Positions 28,182 to 41,166 of a DNA stretch of 64,000 nt are shown one piece after another. Position 1 is the stretch's first letter. Each line of letters opens with the position of its first letter. The DNA comes from Octopus vulgaris (Eukaryota), in NCBI GenBank assembly GCA_951406725.2, contig OX597825.1:75888001-75952000 (forward strand). Direction: 5' to 3'. The translations under genes were made by a program, and so were the position numbers. Below the pieces are notes generated by a model. That model did not search any database and was not told where the DNA came from. It saw nothing but the letters and a program-made list of their open reading frames with translations.

Positions 28182-28720
28182 AGTTTCAAATTCTGTTGAA
28201 GTTGATTTCCTCTTTCATCCTTTCAGGGTCAATAAATTAAGTGCCACACTGGGTTCAATGTAATTGACTGGTCCTCTCCTACCAAATTTCAGGCCTTGTG
28301 CCTTTAGTAGAAAGGATTATTATTATTATTATTAAGGTGGCAAGCTGACCTAATCAGTGATGCTGGGCAAAATACTTAGTGGCATTTTGTCTGTCTTTAT
28401 GTTCTGAGTTCAGGTTTCACCGAGGATGACTTTACTTTTCATCCTTTCAGGGTCAATAAAATAAGTACCAACTGAGCTCTGCAGTCCATATAAGTAACTT
28501 ACCCCCCCCTTCAAAGTTGTTAACCATGTACAAATATTTGAAATTAAAAGTAATTCTTATTATTATTATCATTATTATTATTATCATTATTATTATTATT
28601 ATTATTATCATCATCATCATCATTCCTGAGCTGGCAGAACTGTGAGCATACCAGACAAAATGTGGAAGATTGGCAGAAGCATTAGAGCAGTGGTTCCCAA
28701 CCATTTTTACCTATGGACTC
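28182..28720 (+). mobile_element. Cluster of older family B SINEs separated by (ATT)n
   Basis: Repeated TTTCATCCTTTCAGGGTCAATAAA domain and GAAAGGATTATTATT tails. Confidence 0.7.
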
Positions 28721-29482
28721 CTTTTTTTTTTTTGTTTTATTCAGATAGACCCTTATAGCCACTTGATGTTTAAAAAAAATCCTATGATATTTTTATAATT
28801 AAACATTATGAAGAATTATATAAAAAAATTAAACTATTTTGTGTATGGTAGAAGTTTAACCAATTTATTGTACATAAATTTCTAATCTTATATAGACCCC
28901 AAGGGTCATATAGCCCCCATGTTGAGAACTGCTGCATTAGAGAGTCAGTAAAAATGTTTTGTGATATTTGTTCCAACTGTTTATTTTCTGAATTCAAATG
29001 GTATTGTGTTTATATTGAACCAGGATACTGCTTAATCAATTGCTTCACTGTTGTATTCATTCCACCTAATGCTGAAACAACGGTCCTCTCTAACACAGTA
29101 TCCTTTTACTTGCACCCTTCCTTTGTCACCCCTTATTGAGGTTCAGATTCTTGAGATCATCCTGTATGACTTCTACTCATGTCTTCCTTGTTCTTATCCT
29201 TCCTTTGGATCTTCCTGGCATTTCTTCACCCACCTCTCATCATTTATATCCGTTACATATCTCCTATAGTCTATTATTCTTTTCTCTTTTTGTTCTCTTC
29301 TGTATTCTCTTAGTCTCTTTGTCATGTCTATAGTAATATACACATAATCTTTCCTTGATATCAATCATTTTTTTTTTAAGAAAACCTCTTAAAAGTATGA
29401 AATGTGATTTCTTAGACACACACACACACATACACCATCATAAAAGACAAGACAAGGCAAGAAGACAGGAACATGTGTGCAT

Positions 29483-29537
<55 letters not shown>

Positions 29538-31082
29538 ATGGGTTTCTTTTAATTTCTGTCTACTCAATCCATTCACAAGGCTTTGGCTGACCTGGAGCTA
29601 TAATAGAAGACACTTGTCCAAGGTGCCATGCAGTGGGACTGAACCTGAGCCCATGTAGTTAGGAGGTAAACTTCTCACTATGCAGTCACACTTAAATGAA
29701 TGCATGTGTGTGTATGTATGTGTGCGTGTGTATTCATTCATTCTATAAGAACATTTCTATGGATCTGACATCAAATATTACATGTGAATCAATAATTAAC
29801 GAAGAATTTTGTCATTTACCAATTATAATTATGTATTTTTTTAGTGACCAATTTATAATTATATACACATATGACTAATATATAATTGTATATATGCATA
29901 ATGACTAATATATAATTATGAGCATGTATTTCAACTAGTGTATAATTGTGTGCTAGTATAGCAACCAATGTATATTATTGTGTGCATGTGTAGCAACCAA
30001 TATTTAATTCTAGATATGCATAGGTGCCAGGCTTGTTTTAACATGGGCAGATTTTAAATCTGATATTGTTATAGTAACAACGCAAACTGATCTAAAATCC
30101 AATATGTGAACGATGAGTCATCAGTATCATTGCATTAAACATCCATTTTTTTTCTCCCCAGTAGTTTTATGAGTTTAGCTGAGAGATTTACATTCCAGAT
30201 CTCCAGCTGGTTGCCATGTGTGGTGGAACTGTAAACATTGGATACAATAAAAATTTAGAATGGGATTTTGAAATTGGCAGGACAAACTAGAAATGAAAAC
30301 TTACTTAATGGCATGGACATTTTGTTGAGCTTCAATTATGCTTTTATAACTGTGAGATTGCAGTTTAGCCCCAGGTCACTTGTGATCCACCTGACCTATA
30401 GTCAAAGGTGTTTCAACCATAATGATCTCTGTTTTATTATTTTTCTTTTTTTTTTTTCTGCACATAATATGTCTATGATGACACTATCCAATGTGTCCTT
30501 TCTTTTCTTTTGAGATGATACAGTGTTGCTAGATAGAAATGAGGCTTTTATTTTTTAGTGATGGTGGTGATGATAGGCAAACTTCCAGTCAAACCAAGGA
30601 AACCATGTTTACATTAGTTAGTTATTTTTTCAAGTTGCTGATCCTATTGATAAGATGCAACTTCTGACAGAAGTGTCAGTGTTTTTCAATGATGGTCTAG
30701 GATTAGACAGGCTGAAACAGATACCTTAAATGTCGTGTCTGATTGCTCTGGATTGGTAATGTGTTTTTTGATCAACCTCAAAAATATGAAAGGCAAAGTT
30801 GACCTCTGCAGGATTTGAACTCAGGCTGCAGAGTTGGAGCAAATACTGCTTGGTATTCTTGACCAATTCACCACCTACTTTTTAATGGTTTAAAGACTAT
30901 AAGTGTATTTTTTGGTGAAATTAATTATATATTAAAAAAAAAAAAACTGTGTTGTAGTTAGAATTACCAAGAATGTAATTATTTTCTTATGAAACATTTT
31001 GGATGTGTATTTGCCAAGCAGATGATTTGATCTGACACTAGGTATTGAAACTAAAACACTTGAAGCACGAAAGATACATATT

Positions 31083-31302
31083 AAAGAAACATATTGCCAT
31101 TCAAAAACGCAGTATAACTTTTAATTCACTTAAGCATTTATTATTTGGTATCAAAAGTTTCACATCAATTGTAACTTGGTCACTGGTGTGGTTCTAAGTG
31201 ACCAGGTCACAGTGATTGTGACGAATTTTGACTCTAAATTTTAAATGTTCAAGTGAAGTTACTGGTTTTTGTGTGTTTTTGAATGGCTAATAACATGTCT
31301 TT
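31083..31302. repeat. Long imperfect palindrome
   Basis: GCCATTCAAAAAC / GTTTTTGAATGGC, TTCACTTAAGCATTTA / TAAATGTTCAAGTGAA and GGTCACT / AGTGACC around a 12-nt loop (31185-31196). Confidence 0.75.
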
Positions 31303-31548
31303 CATGCTGTAATTGTTATTCAAATTTCAAAAATGATGAACAAAAGTTATAGAGAAAGAACAGAGCTACAAGAAATCATAAAACACACTGATGAAATAAC
31401 ATTGGAAAGAATTAAAAAAGATAGGTAGTGGGTAAAACACTGAACAAATTTATCTGATAACCTAGTATTTAGAGGTGTTTAATTGTGCAACTTTTTTGTT
31501 TTTTGTTCATCTATAATTACCTTGAATATTTATTTTATTCCATTGCAG

Positions 31549-31664
31549 GTTGTTCTTTTGTTATTAATCTCCTGGACCGAAATTTGGGTGTAATGTACCC
31601 ACCGGTGAAACATCAGTACTGCATTTTGTGATCTCCTTGTATTGCTTTGCAGATTCAAATGATA
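31549..31664 (+). other. Candidate non-coding (5'UTR) exon, 116 nt
   Basis: ttttattccattgcAG|G acceptor at 31547-31548 and GTAAGT donor at 31665 enclose non-repetitive sequence. Confidence 0.35.
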
Positions 31665-32223
31665 GTAAGTGAGACCTTTACTGTTTTATATTCTTCTATA
31701 CCAGGAGTTCCTAACTCTTTCAAGCTGTCCGCCCCCCACTACCCTCTCACAAAATAGTGTTTTACAAACAGCAGATTATTTTGATGATTTACAAGCTAAT
31801 GTATACTCTTACACTAATCCCATCCAACATTTGCCTCTTAACTATTTGTGTGGACTGGTGTCTCTGTTAATTTTTCATGGAAATTACTAAAGATGGTGAG
31901 GTTTTCATCATCATTTGGTGACCACTTTTCCTTGGTTGCAGGAGTCAGATGGACTTTATTGAAGCAGATTTTGTATGGTCAGATAACTTTCATGTTGCCA
32001 GCCTTCATCTGTTTCCAAACAAAGTAATATTTCTCCTGGCCGGATTTTTTTCCTTGTGGAAGACTGGAAATGAATAACACTGCTTGTATGACAGTGATGC
32101 TTTTTTACATCCATCATGTGATATCAAGACAAAGGTGTGTACACACACACAGTGGATATGATACGCCATGTAGAGCTCTAAATTCGCCAGCAGTAGTCAT
32201 AATTGAAGCTGTACACACAGGAA

Positions 32224-32267
<44 letters not shown>

Positions 32268-32395
32268 GATGGGCTTCTTTTAGTTTCTGTCTATTAAATC
32301 CACTCACAAGCCTTTGGTCAGCCTGGGTTGTAGTAGAAGATGCTTGTCCAGAGTGTCATGAAATGGACTACATGGTTTAGAAGTAAGCTTCTTAA

Positions 32396-32659
32396 AAGCA
32401 AGACTAACACCTCAGATGTAGGAAAACAATCCTACACTGAAGATGCTCTCCCTCAGTGGAAACAAAACCCAGGCAAACCAAATATGGCATATATCAAGAA
32501 CAATGTTAGTTCTATCAAAAAACATAATATTCAGATTTCGATATTATCTATTCATGACCTGATTATAAATTCAAAATGACTGACAAGGCAAACATACCCT
32601 TATATTAGGTAAATTTTTCTACCAAAATATCAAAGATAATCTGAGGTATTAGTCTTGCC
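32396..32659. mobile_element. TTAA-targeting MITE with purine-starting TIRs (Kolobok-like)
   Basis: TIR GCAAGACTAACACCTCAGAT / ATCTGAGGTATTAGTCTTGC (19 of 20 match); TTAA at 32392-95 and 32660-63; removal restores host SINE AAGCTTCTTAACCACACAG. Confidence 0.85.
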
Positions 32660-32772
32660 TTAACCACACAGTCATGCCTGTACCTATATAGTGAAATGAT
32701 ATCAAACCTTGGTACATCATCAGTCATGTTTCTGCTCAGTGATAACACAGTGGCTCTCTCAGATTCTTTGAA

Positions 32773-33110
32773 GGCACATAGCTCAGTGGTTTGAGCATCT
32801 GGCTCACTATCATGAGGTAATGAGTTTGATTCCTGGACCAGGTTGTGTTCTTGAGAAAGATACTTTATTTCATGTTGTTCCGGTTCACTCAGCTGTAGAA
32901 ATGAGTTGTGACATCATTAGTGCCAAGTTGTATTGGCCTTTGCCTTTCCTTTGGATAACATCAGTGGCAATGGATAGGGGAGGCTGGTATGTATGGCCGA
33001 CTGCTGGTCTTCCATAAACAACCTTCCCTGGACTTGTAACCTTGTAGGGTAACTTTCTCGATTCTGGATTCAATCTCAATGCATGGTACCTTGAATAAGT
33101 GATCTTCTAG
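32773..33110 (+). mobile_element. tRNA-derived SINE (family E-related)
   Basis: GGCACATAGCTCAGTGG A box, GAGTTTGATTCC B box, TGTTCTTGAGAAAGATACTT core. Confidence 0.7.
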
Positions 33111-34484
33111 TATAGATGTGAACCAAACAAAGCCATGTGAGTAAACATGGGAGACAGAAACTGAAGAAAAACCCATCTCTCTCCCTCTCTTTCTACCTGC
33201 CTATTTATCCAAAACCTGTGTGTATATCCCCTTACCATACAAACAGTCATATGTTGGCAGTTGTCTGAAAATTGGTGAGCTTGGGTGAAATATCACTTTA
33301 CTTGGGGACAGGAAGAGCATCTGATTGTAGAAAATCTGCCTCAAAATATTTTTTCACACTGATGCAAACGTTGAGAAGTTGACATTAAAATAATGATGGT
33401 AGTGATGATGATGAGTTTGTATTCATAAGTCTTTAGTTAGAAATGTTCATCTTTCTGATAAATGGAAACAAATAAATGCATCAATCATACTGTTTATAAT
33501 TTGTTGTTAACAATGTTGCAACTAATTATGTGACCTTCATTGAATTGTTGACAAATATGAATTAATTTGATGATTGATGTCATTTGAGGGGAAAACTCAC
33601 TGAAGTATGACACATTCATTATTAATTAGAGATGTTGCAATAGACAAACTGTATCTTTGTACATCTGTATATTAACGTGTGTGACCAAAAGTGGATGTCT
33701 AGCTAATATGCCTGAAAGAAAGAAAAGCCATTAGCTTATATAACGATAATTTTACAAAGCTTAGTGCTAATTGTTGGTCTCAACTTTATCATTATCATCA
33801 TTGTTGTATTGATGTCTACTTTTCCATGCTTGCATGGGTTAGATTGGAGATGTTGAAACAATTTACTACTGCTGGATGCCTTTTCTGTCACCAGCCTTCA
33901 CTTGTTTCCAAGCAAGATAATGATCTTACACTCTGTTGAACAACAAAGAGCACGGACATGTTTACATGGAGAATGAAAGCAGACAGACACCATATGAATG
34001 AGCCTTTTGTTTACAAAGATCAGGCAACATATCAGAAAGCCTGTATAGGTTTTTGCAGTGGACTACAAACAAAGAGCACTGTTAGTAAGGCCATTGTCTA
34101 CAACCAGTGAATACACATGAAGATGAGGGAGATAGGAACTCTTTCACTCACACATGCATACATGTCCAAGAAAGTTGATGTTTCCCATGATGCAAAATAT
34201 TTCCATGAAACATTAGAAATGAAAGACGCTGCTTGTGTGATGGTGATACTTGTTTACAAGTATCCCCTCCCTCACACACATGCATGCACATCTGGGGGCT
34301 TGTGTGCATATCCAAGCAAAATAATATTTTCCCATGACAGGAAATGTTTTCACAGAATATTGAAAATGAAAGACACCACTTGTTTGTTGGTGATGCTTGT
34401 TTACAACCGTCATACGGTGTCAAAACAAGAAGGCACAAACATACTCACATACATGCACATAAATGCATATACACACACATGACA

Positions 34485-34715
34485 GGCGGCGAGCTGGCAG
34501 AAACGTTAGCATGCCGGGCGAAATGCGTAGCCGTATTTCGTCTGCCGTTACGTTCTGAGTTCCAATTCTGCCAAGGTCGACTTTGCCTTTCATCCTTTCA
34601 GGGTCGATAAATTAAGTACCAGTTACGCACTGGGGTTGATGTAATCGGCTTAATCCGTTTGTCTGTCCTTGTTTGTCCTCTCTGTGTTTAGCCCCTTGTG
34701 GGTAGTAAAGAAATA
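34485..34715 (+). mobile_element. SINE family B, young copy nested in an older minus-strand SINE
   Basis: Near-consensus; host reads ACATGACAGG...TTTCCTTCAGTTTCCATCT once it is removed. Confidence 0.85.
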
Positions 34716-36289
34716 GGTTTCCTTCAGTTTCCATCTGCTAGATCTACTTACTTTGGTTGGTCTGGGGTTTTAAACAAAAATAGATAGTTGACCAATAGGT
34801 AGATACTGCAATCAACACCATCATCATTGTCACCACCATCATCATCATCATCATTGTATTCTCCTCTGTCAGTTATTACTTTTGTAGTAACACGTATTTA
34901 ATGAATCGGCAATAAATGCTTTCTCAAACCATTTTTTAGTATCAAGCAGCTCAAGGTATAACCGCTTTCAGATTAAATACTTAATCTTGAGAAAGATGAT
35001 TGTATTGCCTCTCTCTTACACCAACATCTAAATATTTGTAATTAAGCGGACTGTACTAAATCTACCTGAGATTAAATGGTGAATTTTTACTGGACACTGA
35101 CAACCTAACTGCCACTGTTGCATGCATCGACTAATGTTTTAAGTAACTCACGTAGTCTTCTCAGCTTACTTTCACACTTGTGCATGCATTCACACGGCCC
35201 ATTCCATATGAAATTTTCCTCGGACCATCTGCTATCAATATTCATATTTCACAACATTACTAAATTATGCTTCTGACCTAGATATTAGTCAGTCAACACA
35301 AAAACAGAAAAAAAAAAAAAAAATTTTTTTTAATCATAACTACATTAGTTTAAATATTTTATTTATTTTAAATTTCTTACAATTAGATATTATAACTGGT
35401 TTCCCCCTACCAGTCTAATTAGTTTATCTGAGTAACAAACCTTTTCCACTATTTCAAGTGAGTCATCATAGGAATCTGTATCTTTTTTAGACTTTGCCTA
35501 CAGAAAGGGACAGTTTCCCTAGTGCATTTAGTGCAATTAGAAATCTATATACATTGTTAACTAGTCAACTGGAAGTATTAGCTGTAGTGTGTGGTAGCTT
35601 TTATAATGTTCATTCTTAACCTATACTTTCTATGCCAAGTGTGTTTTAGAATATTCACAAGTAGTCCAATATTGCTTATGAATATTCTAAAACAATGTCA
35701 ACACCTTGGTCTTAACTATGTTTAAGCATCAGTTGGACAGAATGAAATAAAATAATTGTAGAAGAGATCTACAATGATGTATCAAGTTGTTGGTGGCCTC
35801 AATTTCTACAATATACCACTCAGCAAGCCATAATATATTTAATCAACAACCATTATTTTTTCTATGATAGAATTGATTCTTACTAACATCATCGCCAACA
35901 CCACAACTTGACACCCACTCATACTGTAATTCTGTTTGGAGGGGGTGAAAGCAGGAAAAATCTATTAGATTAATTTCATATATAAAAGATGCAATTTTCC
36001 CCATAATAAAAAGTAATTAGAAATTGATAAAAAAAAAACACAAAAAAAAATAGTAAAAAGGATTTGTAAAGGATCGATAAAACATGTTCTGTTTTGATAA
36101 TTCAGATCTGATAAAATATTTAAAATATTGGGTTCATATAATTCTTTCTTTCCTCTGTAGAAATTATATTTCTCACAAAATCTTCATATTAAATATTGTT
36201 ACAGATTTTCCTTTTACTAGATAGATATAACTTCTTTAACCCTTATTTCAGTTCCTTTTCTCCCATTTCACCAACATGGCTCAGGTCCT

Positions 36290-36445
36290 TCCCCCACTGC
36301 AGTCCTAACTCCCCTGCCACCACCACTACCCTAACTCTCCTGCCTTCACCACTGCCCTAACTTCCCCACTGCCACCACTGCCTTAACTCCTCCTCTGCCA
36401 CCACTGCCCTAACTCCCTCCACTGCCCTAACCTCCCCCCAATCCT
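36290..36445. repeat. C-rich minisatellite (about 25-bp unit CCCTAACTCCCCTGCCACCACTG)
   Basis: About 6 degenerate units. Confidence 0.8.
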
Positions 36446-37676
36446 GACATCCCCTGTCACCCTGCTTTTATGGAAACTAAGGCACAGTTTTGCAATGCAA
36501 TAATGAAATTTCGCTGCTGTTTGTTCTATAACTTGCTAAAAGTAATAGCTAAATTCCCTTGAAATCATATTCTATAATTCTGCTATTTCACTACTTTGGG
36601 CTGTATTGTATTTATTGCATCCCAAATGGCAAAGTTGACTTCACTGGGATTTGAACTGAAGGCATAGAGAATCAGGACAAATACCTATATCTGTCCTCTC
36701 TATACCTTAAATCCATTAACTGGCACAAAGCCACACCCTTCTCGATATTGTTCCCCTCTCCTAGTTGAGGGGCTTTTGTCTTGCAAGATACCTGGTGATC
36801 CTGTTGGTGTTGGTGCCATGTAAAAATGCACTGACGATAGTGCCACACAAAAAGAAAAAAACACCCAGTATACTCTGTAAAGTGGTTGTCATTAGGAAGG
36901 GCATCCAGCTGTAGAAACCGTGGCAAAATAGACAATGGAATCTGGTTTGGTTCCTGGTCTTGCCAGTTTCTGCCAAACTGTCTAACCCATGTCTGCATGG
37001 TAAATGGACATAAAATGATGATGATGATTTATATATGTGCATGTGTGTTACCGTCATCTTGCTTTGACACCACATGATAGTTGTAAGCGCATCTGGTCAT
37101 AAGGAAATATTTCCTGACCTGGAAATAGGTGAGGTTTGGTGACAGGATGGGCATCCAGCTGCAGAAATTTTTTAAAAGGTTTAATAAAAAATAACAACTA
37201 ATTAATCAATAATGTATTCACCCTTGTTTCTTACAATGTCTTCCCAACGTTCATCATCATTATTGCATTAAGCAATAATGATGATGATGAAGAGTAGAGC
37301 TTAGTCAGAGGAAAGTTTGGCTGCTGCTACTTGCAGATTGAGTGACCAAGTAGTTACTCTGTTCTGAACTAGTTTTATGAAAATGGTATATTAAGATACA
37401 TAATTCATGTTTCTCAGTGTAGAAACTTGATGTACAACTTAGCTGTATCTGATGTCAACTGTTACGTCATATTTTTCATGTTGGCTTGGATTAGTGTCAG
37501 GTCTAAAATACTTGGCAAATTACTTTCAGTTTGATAACAAATCAATCTGATAACTCACCTTATCTTGCCTTCCTTATTGTCTTAAGAAAGGTATGAATTA
37601 TGCACTAATTCCCATTTCATTTTATATGTGTGTGTGTATGGTTGGGGGTGTTTATATATATTTATATTTATACATA

Positions 37677-37850
37677 TCTTATATCTATAAAACTCAAAAT
37701 GTCTGTGTATGCTTTTTATGCGTTTCCACATTTTTCATCCGATTTTGATGAAATTTTTTTTATTAAATGGCAAATTTACCCAGGCAGGTTACTGCCACAT
37801 TACCGATGCCTAGAGATACCCACTTCTAGGAGAAAAATCAATAAAACTGA
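37677..37850 (+). mobile_element. Probable Helitron 5' fragment
   Basis: TCTTATATCTATAAAAC start resembling the other two Helitrons, then CCGATTTTGATGAAATT; no 3' end. Confidence 0.45.
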
Positions 37851-37857
37851 AGGAACC

Positions 37858-38080
37858 TTGTCAAGCGATGGTGGGGGGACAAATACAGACACACAAACAC
37901 ACACACACACACATATATGACAAGCTTCTTGCAATTTCTGTCTACCAAATCCACTCACAAGGCTTTGGTCAACCCAACGCTATAGTAGAAGACACTTACT
38001 TATGGTGCCATGCAGCAGAACTGAACCTGGAACAATGTGGTCGGTAAGCAAGCTACTTACCACGCAGCCACTCCTGCGCC
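37858..38080 (-). mobile_element. SINE family A, 5' half
   Basis: Head and core modules present; tail missing. Confidence 0.8.
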
Positions 38081-38099
38081 TCTCCCTTTCTCTCTCTCT

Positions 38100-38193
<94 letters not shown>

Positions 38194-38195
<2 letters not shown>

Positions 38196-38943
38196 AGGCA
38201 ATAACAGAGGAATTCAAAACGGGTTGCCCCAGGGAACTCCTCTGTGCTGATGACCTGGCCCTCAGAGCAGAATCACTACCGGAGCTAGAAAAGAAATTTC
38301 GGGTGTGGAAGCAAGGTTTAGAATCAAAAGGCCTTAGAGTCAATGTAGCAAAGACCAAAGTTCTAGTAAGTAGGAAGACAAACTCCTCACACAACCTCTC
38401 ATGTAGGTGGCCCTGTTTGGTCTGTAGAAAAGGTGTAGGTAGAAACTCCATAAGATGTACCCAGTGTAAGCTTTGGACACATAAGAGGTGCAGCAACATC
38501 AAAGGAAGATTAACCGAGAAGATAGCTTTCATGTGCGGCAGATGCACAGGGGCAATAGACACCACAGATGCTCAGAAAACAGATTCCATCACACTCCAGG
38601 GGAAGAAACTAGAAGTAGTTGATAGCTTCCGCTACCTTGGTGACAAAGTTAGTAGTGGGGGTGGATGCTCAGAGAGTGTTACCACTAGAATAAGAATAGC
38701 CTGGGCAACGTTTAGAAAGCTTCTTCCCCTACTTGCGACAAACGGTCTCTCGCTCAGAGGTAGATTGTGCGATGCATGTGTGTGAACTGCCATGCTTCAC
38801 GGTAGTGAAACATGGACCGTGACTACAGAGGACATGCATCGGTTGAAAGAAATGAAGCTAGCATAATCCGCTGGATGTGTAATGTCAGTGTGCACACACG
38901 ACAGAGTGTATGCGCCCTGAGAGAAATGTTGGACATAAGAAGC
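38194..38943 (+). mobile_element. RTE-clade LINE reverse transcriptase fragment with an inserted PHD-type zinc finger
   Basis: ELLCADDLAL (YADD motif decayed), GLRVNVAKTKV, FRYLGD, RIRIAW, stop at 38783, then AMLHGSETW; C4HC3 cluster at 38414-38545. Confidence 0.9.
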
Positions 38944-39275
38944 TTGAATGGCTTCCTTGGTCATATTGGTGATATGAGGGCAGGCGTTGTTGTGCAGCAG
39001 AACTCCATACACATCACAAATGTCGCGAGCAGCTTTTGCGGCCTTAAAAACTTGATAAAAAGCAAAAAGAAGGAGGTGTCGAAAATGCTCGTTTTTTTTA
39101 AGCTTGACATTCCATTTTAATGATCTGAAAATAAACAAAATTTAACTAAAATTAACTAGAAAAAACCCCAAACAAAATCGATTCCAAAATGATTCAAAAA
39201 TAGATTCTAAAATTTAAAAATGCAATAAATTCCAAAATTTAAAAAGAAGGCAGGGACTTTGTTGCCAACCCAATG
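38944..39275 (-). mobile_element. Internally deleted mariner remnant
   Basis: EHFRHLLLFAF...ARDICDVYG (HTH) fused directly to LLHNNACPH (LLHDNARPH motif); TIR-like TACATTGGGTTGGCAACAAAGT at the right end. Confidence 0.85.
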
Positions 39276-39293
39276 TATGTATAATTATATATT

Positions 39294-39658
39294 CTAGCAC
39301 TATGACCTGGCGTTGCCAGGTCATAATGCTAGTGCATGCATATACAGTTACATGCCTGCGCACATACACGCGAGTACTGTCCAAATCTCCGACCAATCAC
39401 ATACAGCTAGCTGGCATTCATTTGGTGTATCAAGTTTCGGGCATTTTGATTGCGTTTTGGATAGAAAATTCACAAAAAAGTCACTTCTATTGATTTTTTT
39501 AATGGCTTTGCGGGGTGACTGGGGAAATGTAAAGATGTGCACGACCACCCTTGGATGGTTTTGAATAACCATAGAAAGTGCGAGCCCTCTAACTGAAAAA
39601 TTGTGGATTTGTATAAAGGACATGCACGCAAACATTTTGCCGTTTATATATAGAGAGA
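39294..39658 (-). mobile_element. Non-autonomous Helitron
   Basis: Minus strand starts A|TCTCTCTATATATAAACGG and ends with the perfect 11-bp hairpin TATGACCTGGC-AAC-GCCAGGTCATA then GTGCTAG. Confidence 0.8.
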
Positions 39659-40029
39659 TACACACAAACACACACATAATTTTTTTTCTAGTTTCAGCCC
39701 AGAGTTGTGGCCATGCTGTAGGCTTAATTTAATATAGGAATGACTCATGTATGTATGTATGTATGCATATAGTTGATTTCTTTCAATTTCCATTTACCTA
39801 ATCCACTCTTGGGTCTTTTGAGAGTCTATCATAGAAGACAGTTGCCCATGTGCCACACTGTGGGACTCTTCTTGGGATCATGTGATTGGGAAGCAAATTT
39901 CTTAACCACTCATCCACACCTGCTAATATTATATATTGATGTAAGATGCTTGAGATGACAGCCTGGATGAGGAACTTCTCAACTGGATACATCAGTACCT
40001 CATTATTAAATACTTGAATCAGTTGCTTT

Positions 40030-40545
40030 CAGGGTTGATAAAACAATTGCCTGTCAGTTAATGGGGGTTGATGTAATCAAATAGTCCCTCCCCTACCAAA
40101 TTTCAGGAGTTGTGCCTATATTAGAAAGGATTATTATTATTACTGGTGAAATTGTTTGCACACCGGGCAAAATACTTAGTGGCATTTCATCTGTCCTTAT
40201 GTTGTGAGTTCAAATTTTCTTGAGGTCAACTTTGCCTTTCATCCTTTTGGGGTCAATAAAATAAGTACTGGTTGAACACTGGGGTTGTTGTAATTGACTT
40301 ACCTTCTCCCCTGAAGTTACTGGTCTTGAAACCATTATTTTTAAGGTGGTGAGTAAGCAGAATTGTTACTGTACTGGACAAAATGCTTGGTGGCATTTCT
40401 TCTGACTTTATATTCTGAGTTCAAATTCTGCTGAGGGTAATAAAAATAAGTACTGGTCAAGTACTGGGGTTGATGACAGTGACTTATCTCATCTCTCAAA
40501 AGTTGTTGGCCTTGTGCCAAAATTTGAAACCATTATTATTATTAC
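40030..40545 (+). mobile_element. Tandem older family B SINEs (about 3 units)
   Basis: Repeated GAGTTCAAATT and AATAAGTACTGG modules with GAAACCATTATT tails. Confidence 0.7.
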
Positions 40546-40962
40546 GACGATGATGATGATGGTGATGATGATATCATGAGTTGTAGTGATTGGTGGATGA
40601 TTCTTAGTGAAAACTTATGTCCAGTCACAGTTTATTGTGAAAGTATAATGGAGCAAATCCAAACCCGAGAAGCTTTCCAAGCTAATGAAGATTAAAATGC
40701 CTATTACAACAAAGACAGTAGTTGTAGGTGGTGATGGTGGCCTTAGTTATGTGTGAAGAAATTACTACTGACTTTCATGGAATATTTGTAAATCAGCTAA
40801 AAATATACTTCACTTATTCTTCATCTAATTTATATACTGAATTGTTCTTCTGTTAGTACAGCAGCTAAATGGGAATTTATTTGGTCAAATGAACAATCAT
40901 GACTTGGCTTGGACACAGTGTAATCACAAATATAGTATAAGGAATTACAAATATAGTATTAA

Positions 40963-41166
40963 CCCTTTAGCATTGAAACTGACCATATGTGGCCCAAAAG
41001 TATTCTGTTTTATGTTCAAATTGACCACATTTAGCCTATAATGCCGTTCTAAAAATAAACAGTCACCTCATTGAAATCTTGAAGCCGTGAGATAATGTGT
41101 GATTAATTCAAAATAATTGAGAAATTAAGCATTACATTTCACAGAGTAATCTGAATGCTAAAGATG
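40963..41166. mobile_element. piggyBac-like MITE family 1
   Basis: Same ends and interior; further decayed copies near 6378-6572 and 56238-56450. Confidence 0.75.

Noticed and set aside
27938-28199. Poly-Ser, poly-Leu and poly-Tyr ORFs
   Set aside because: Trinucleotide microsatellite artefacts.
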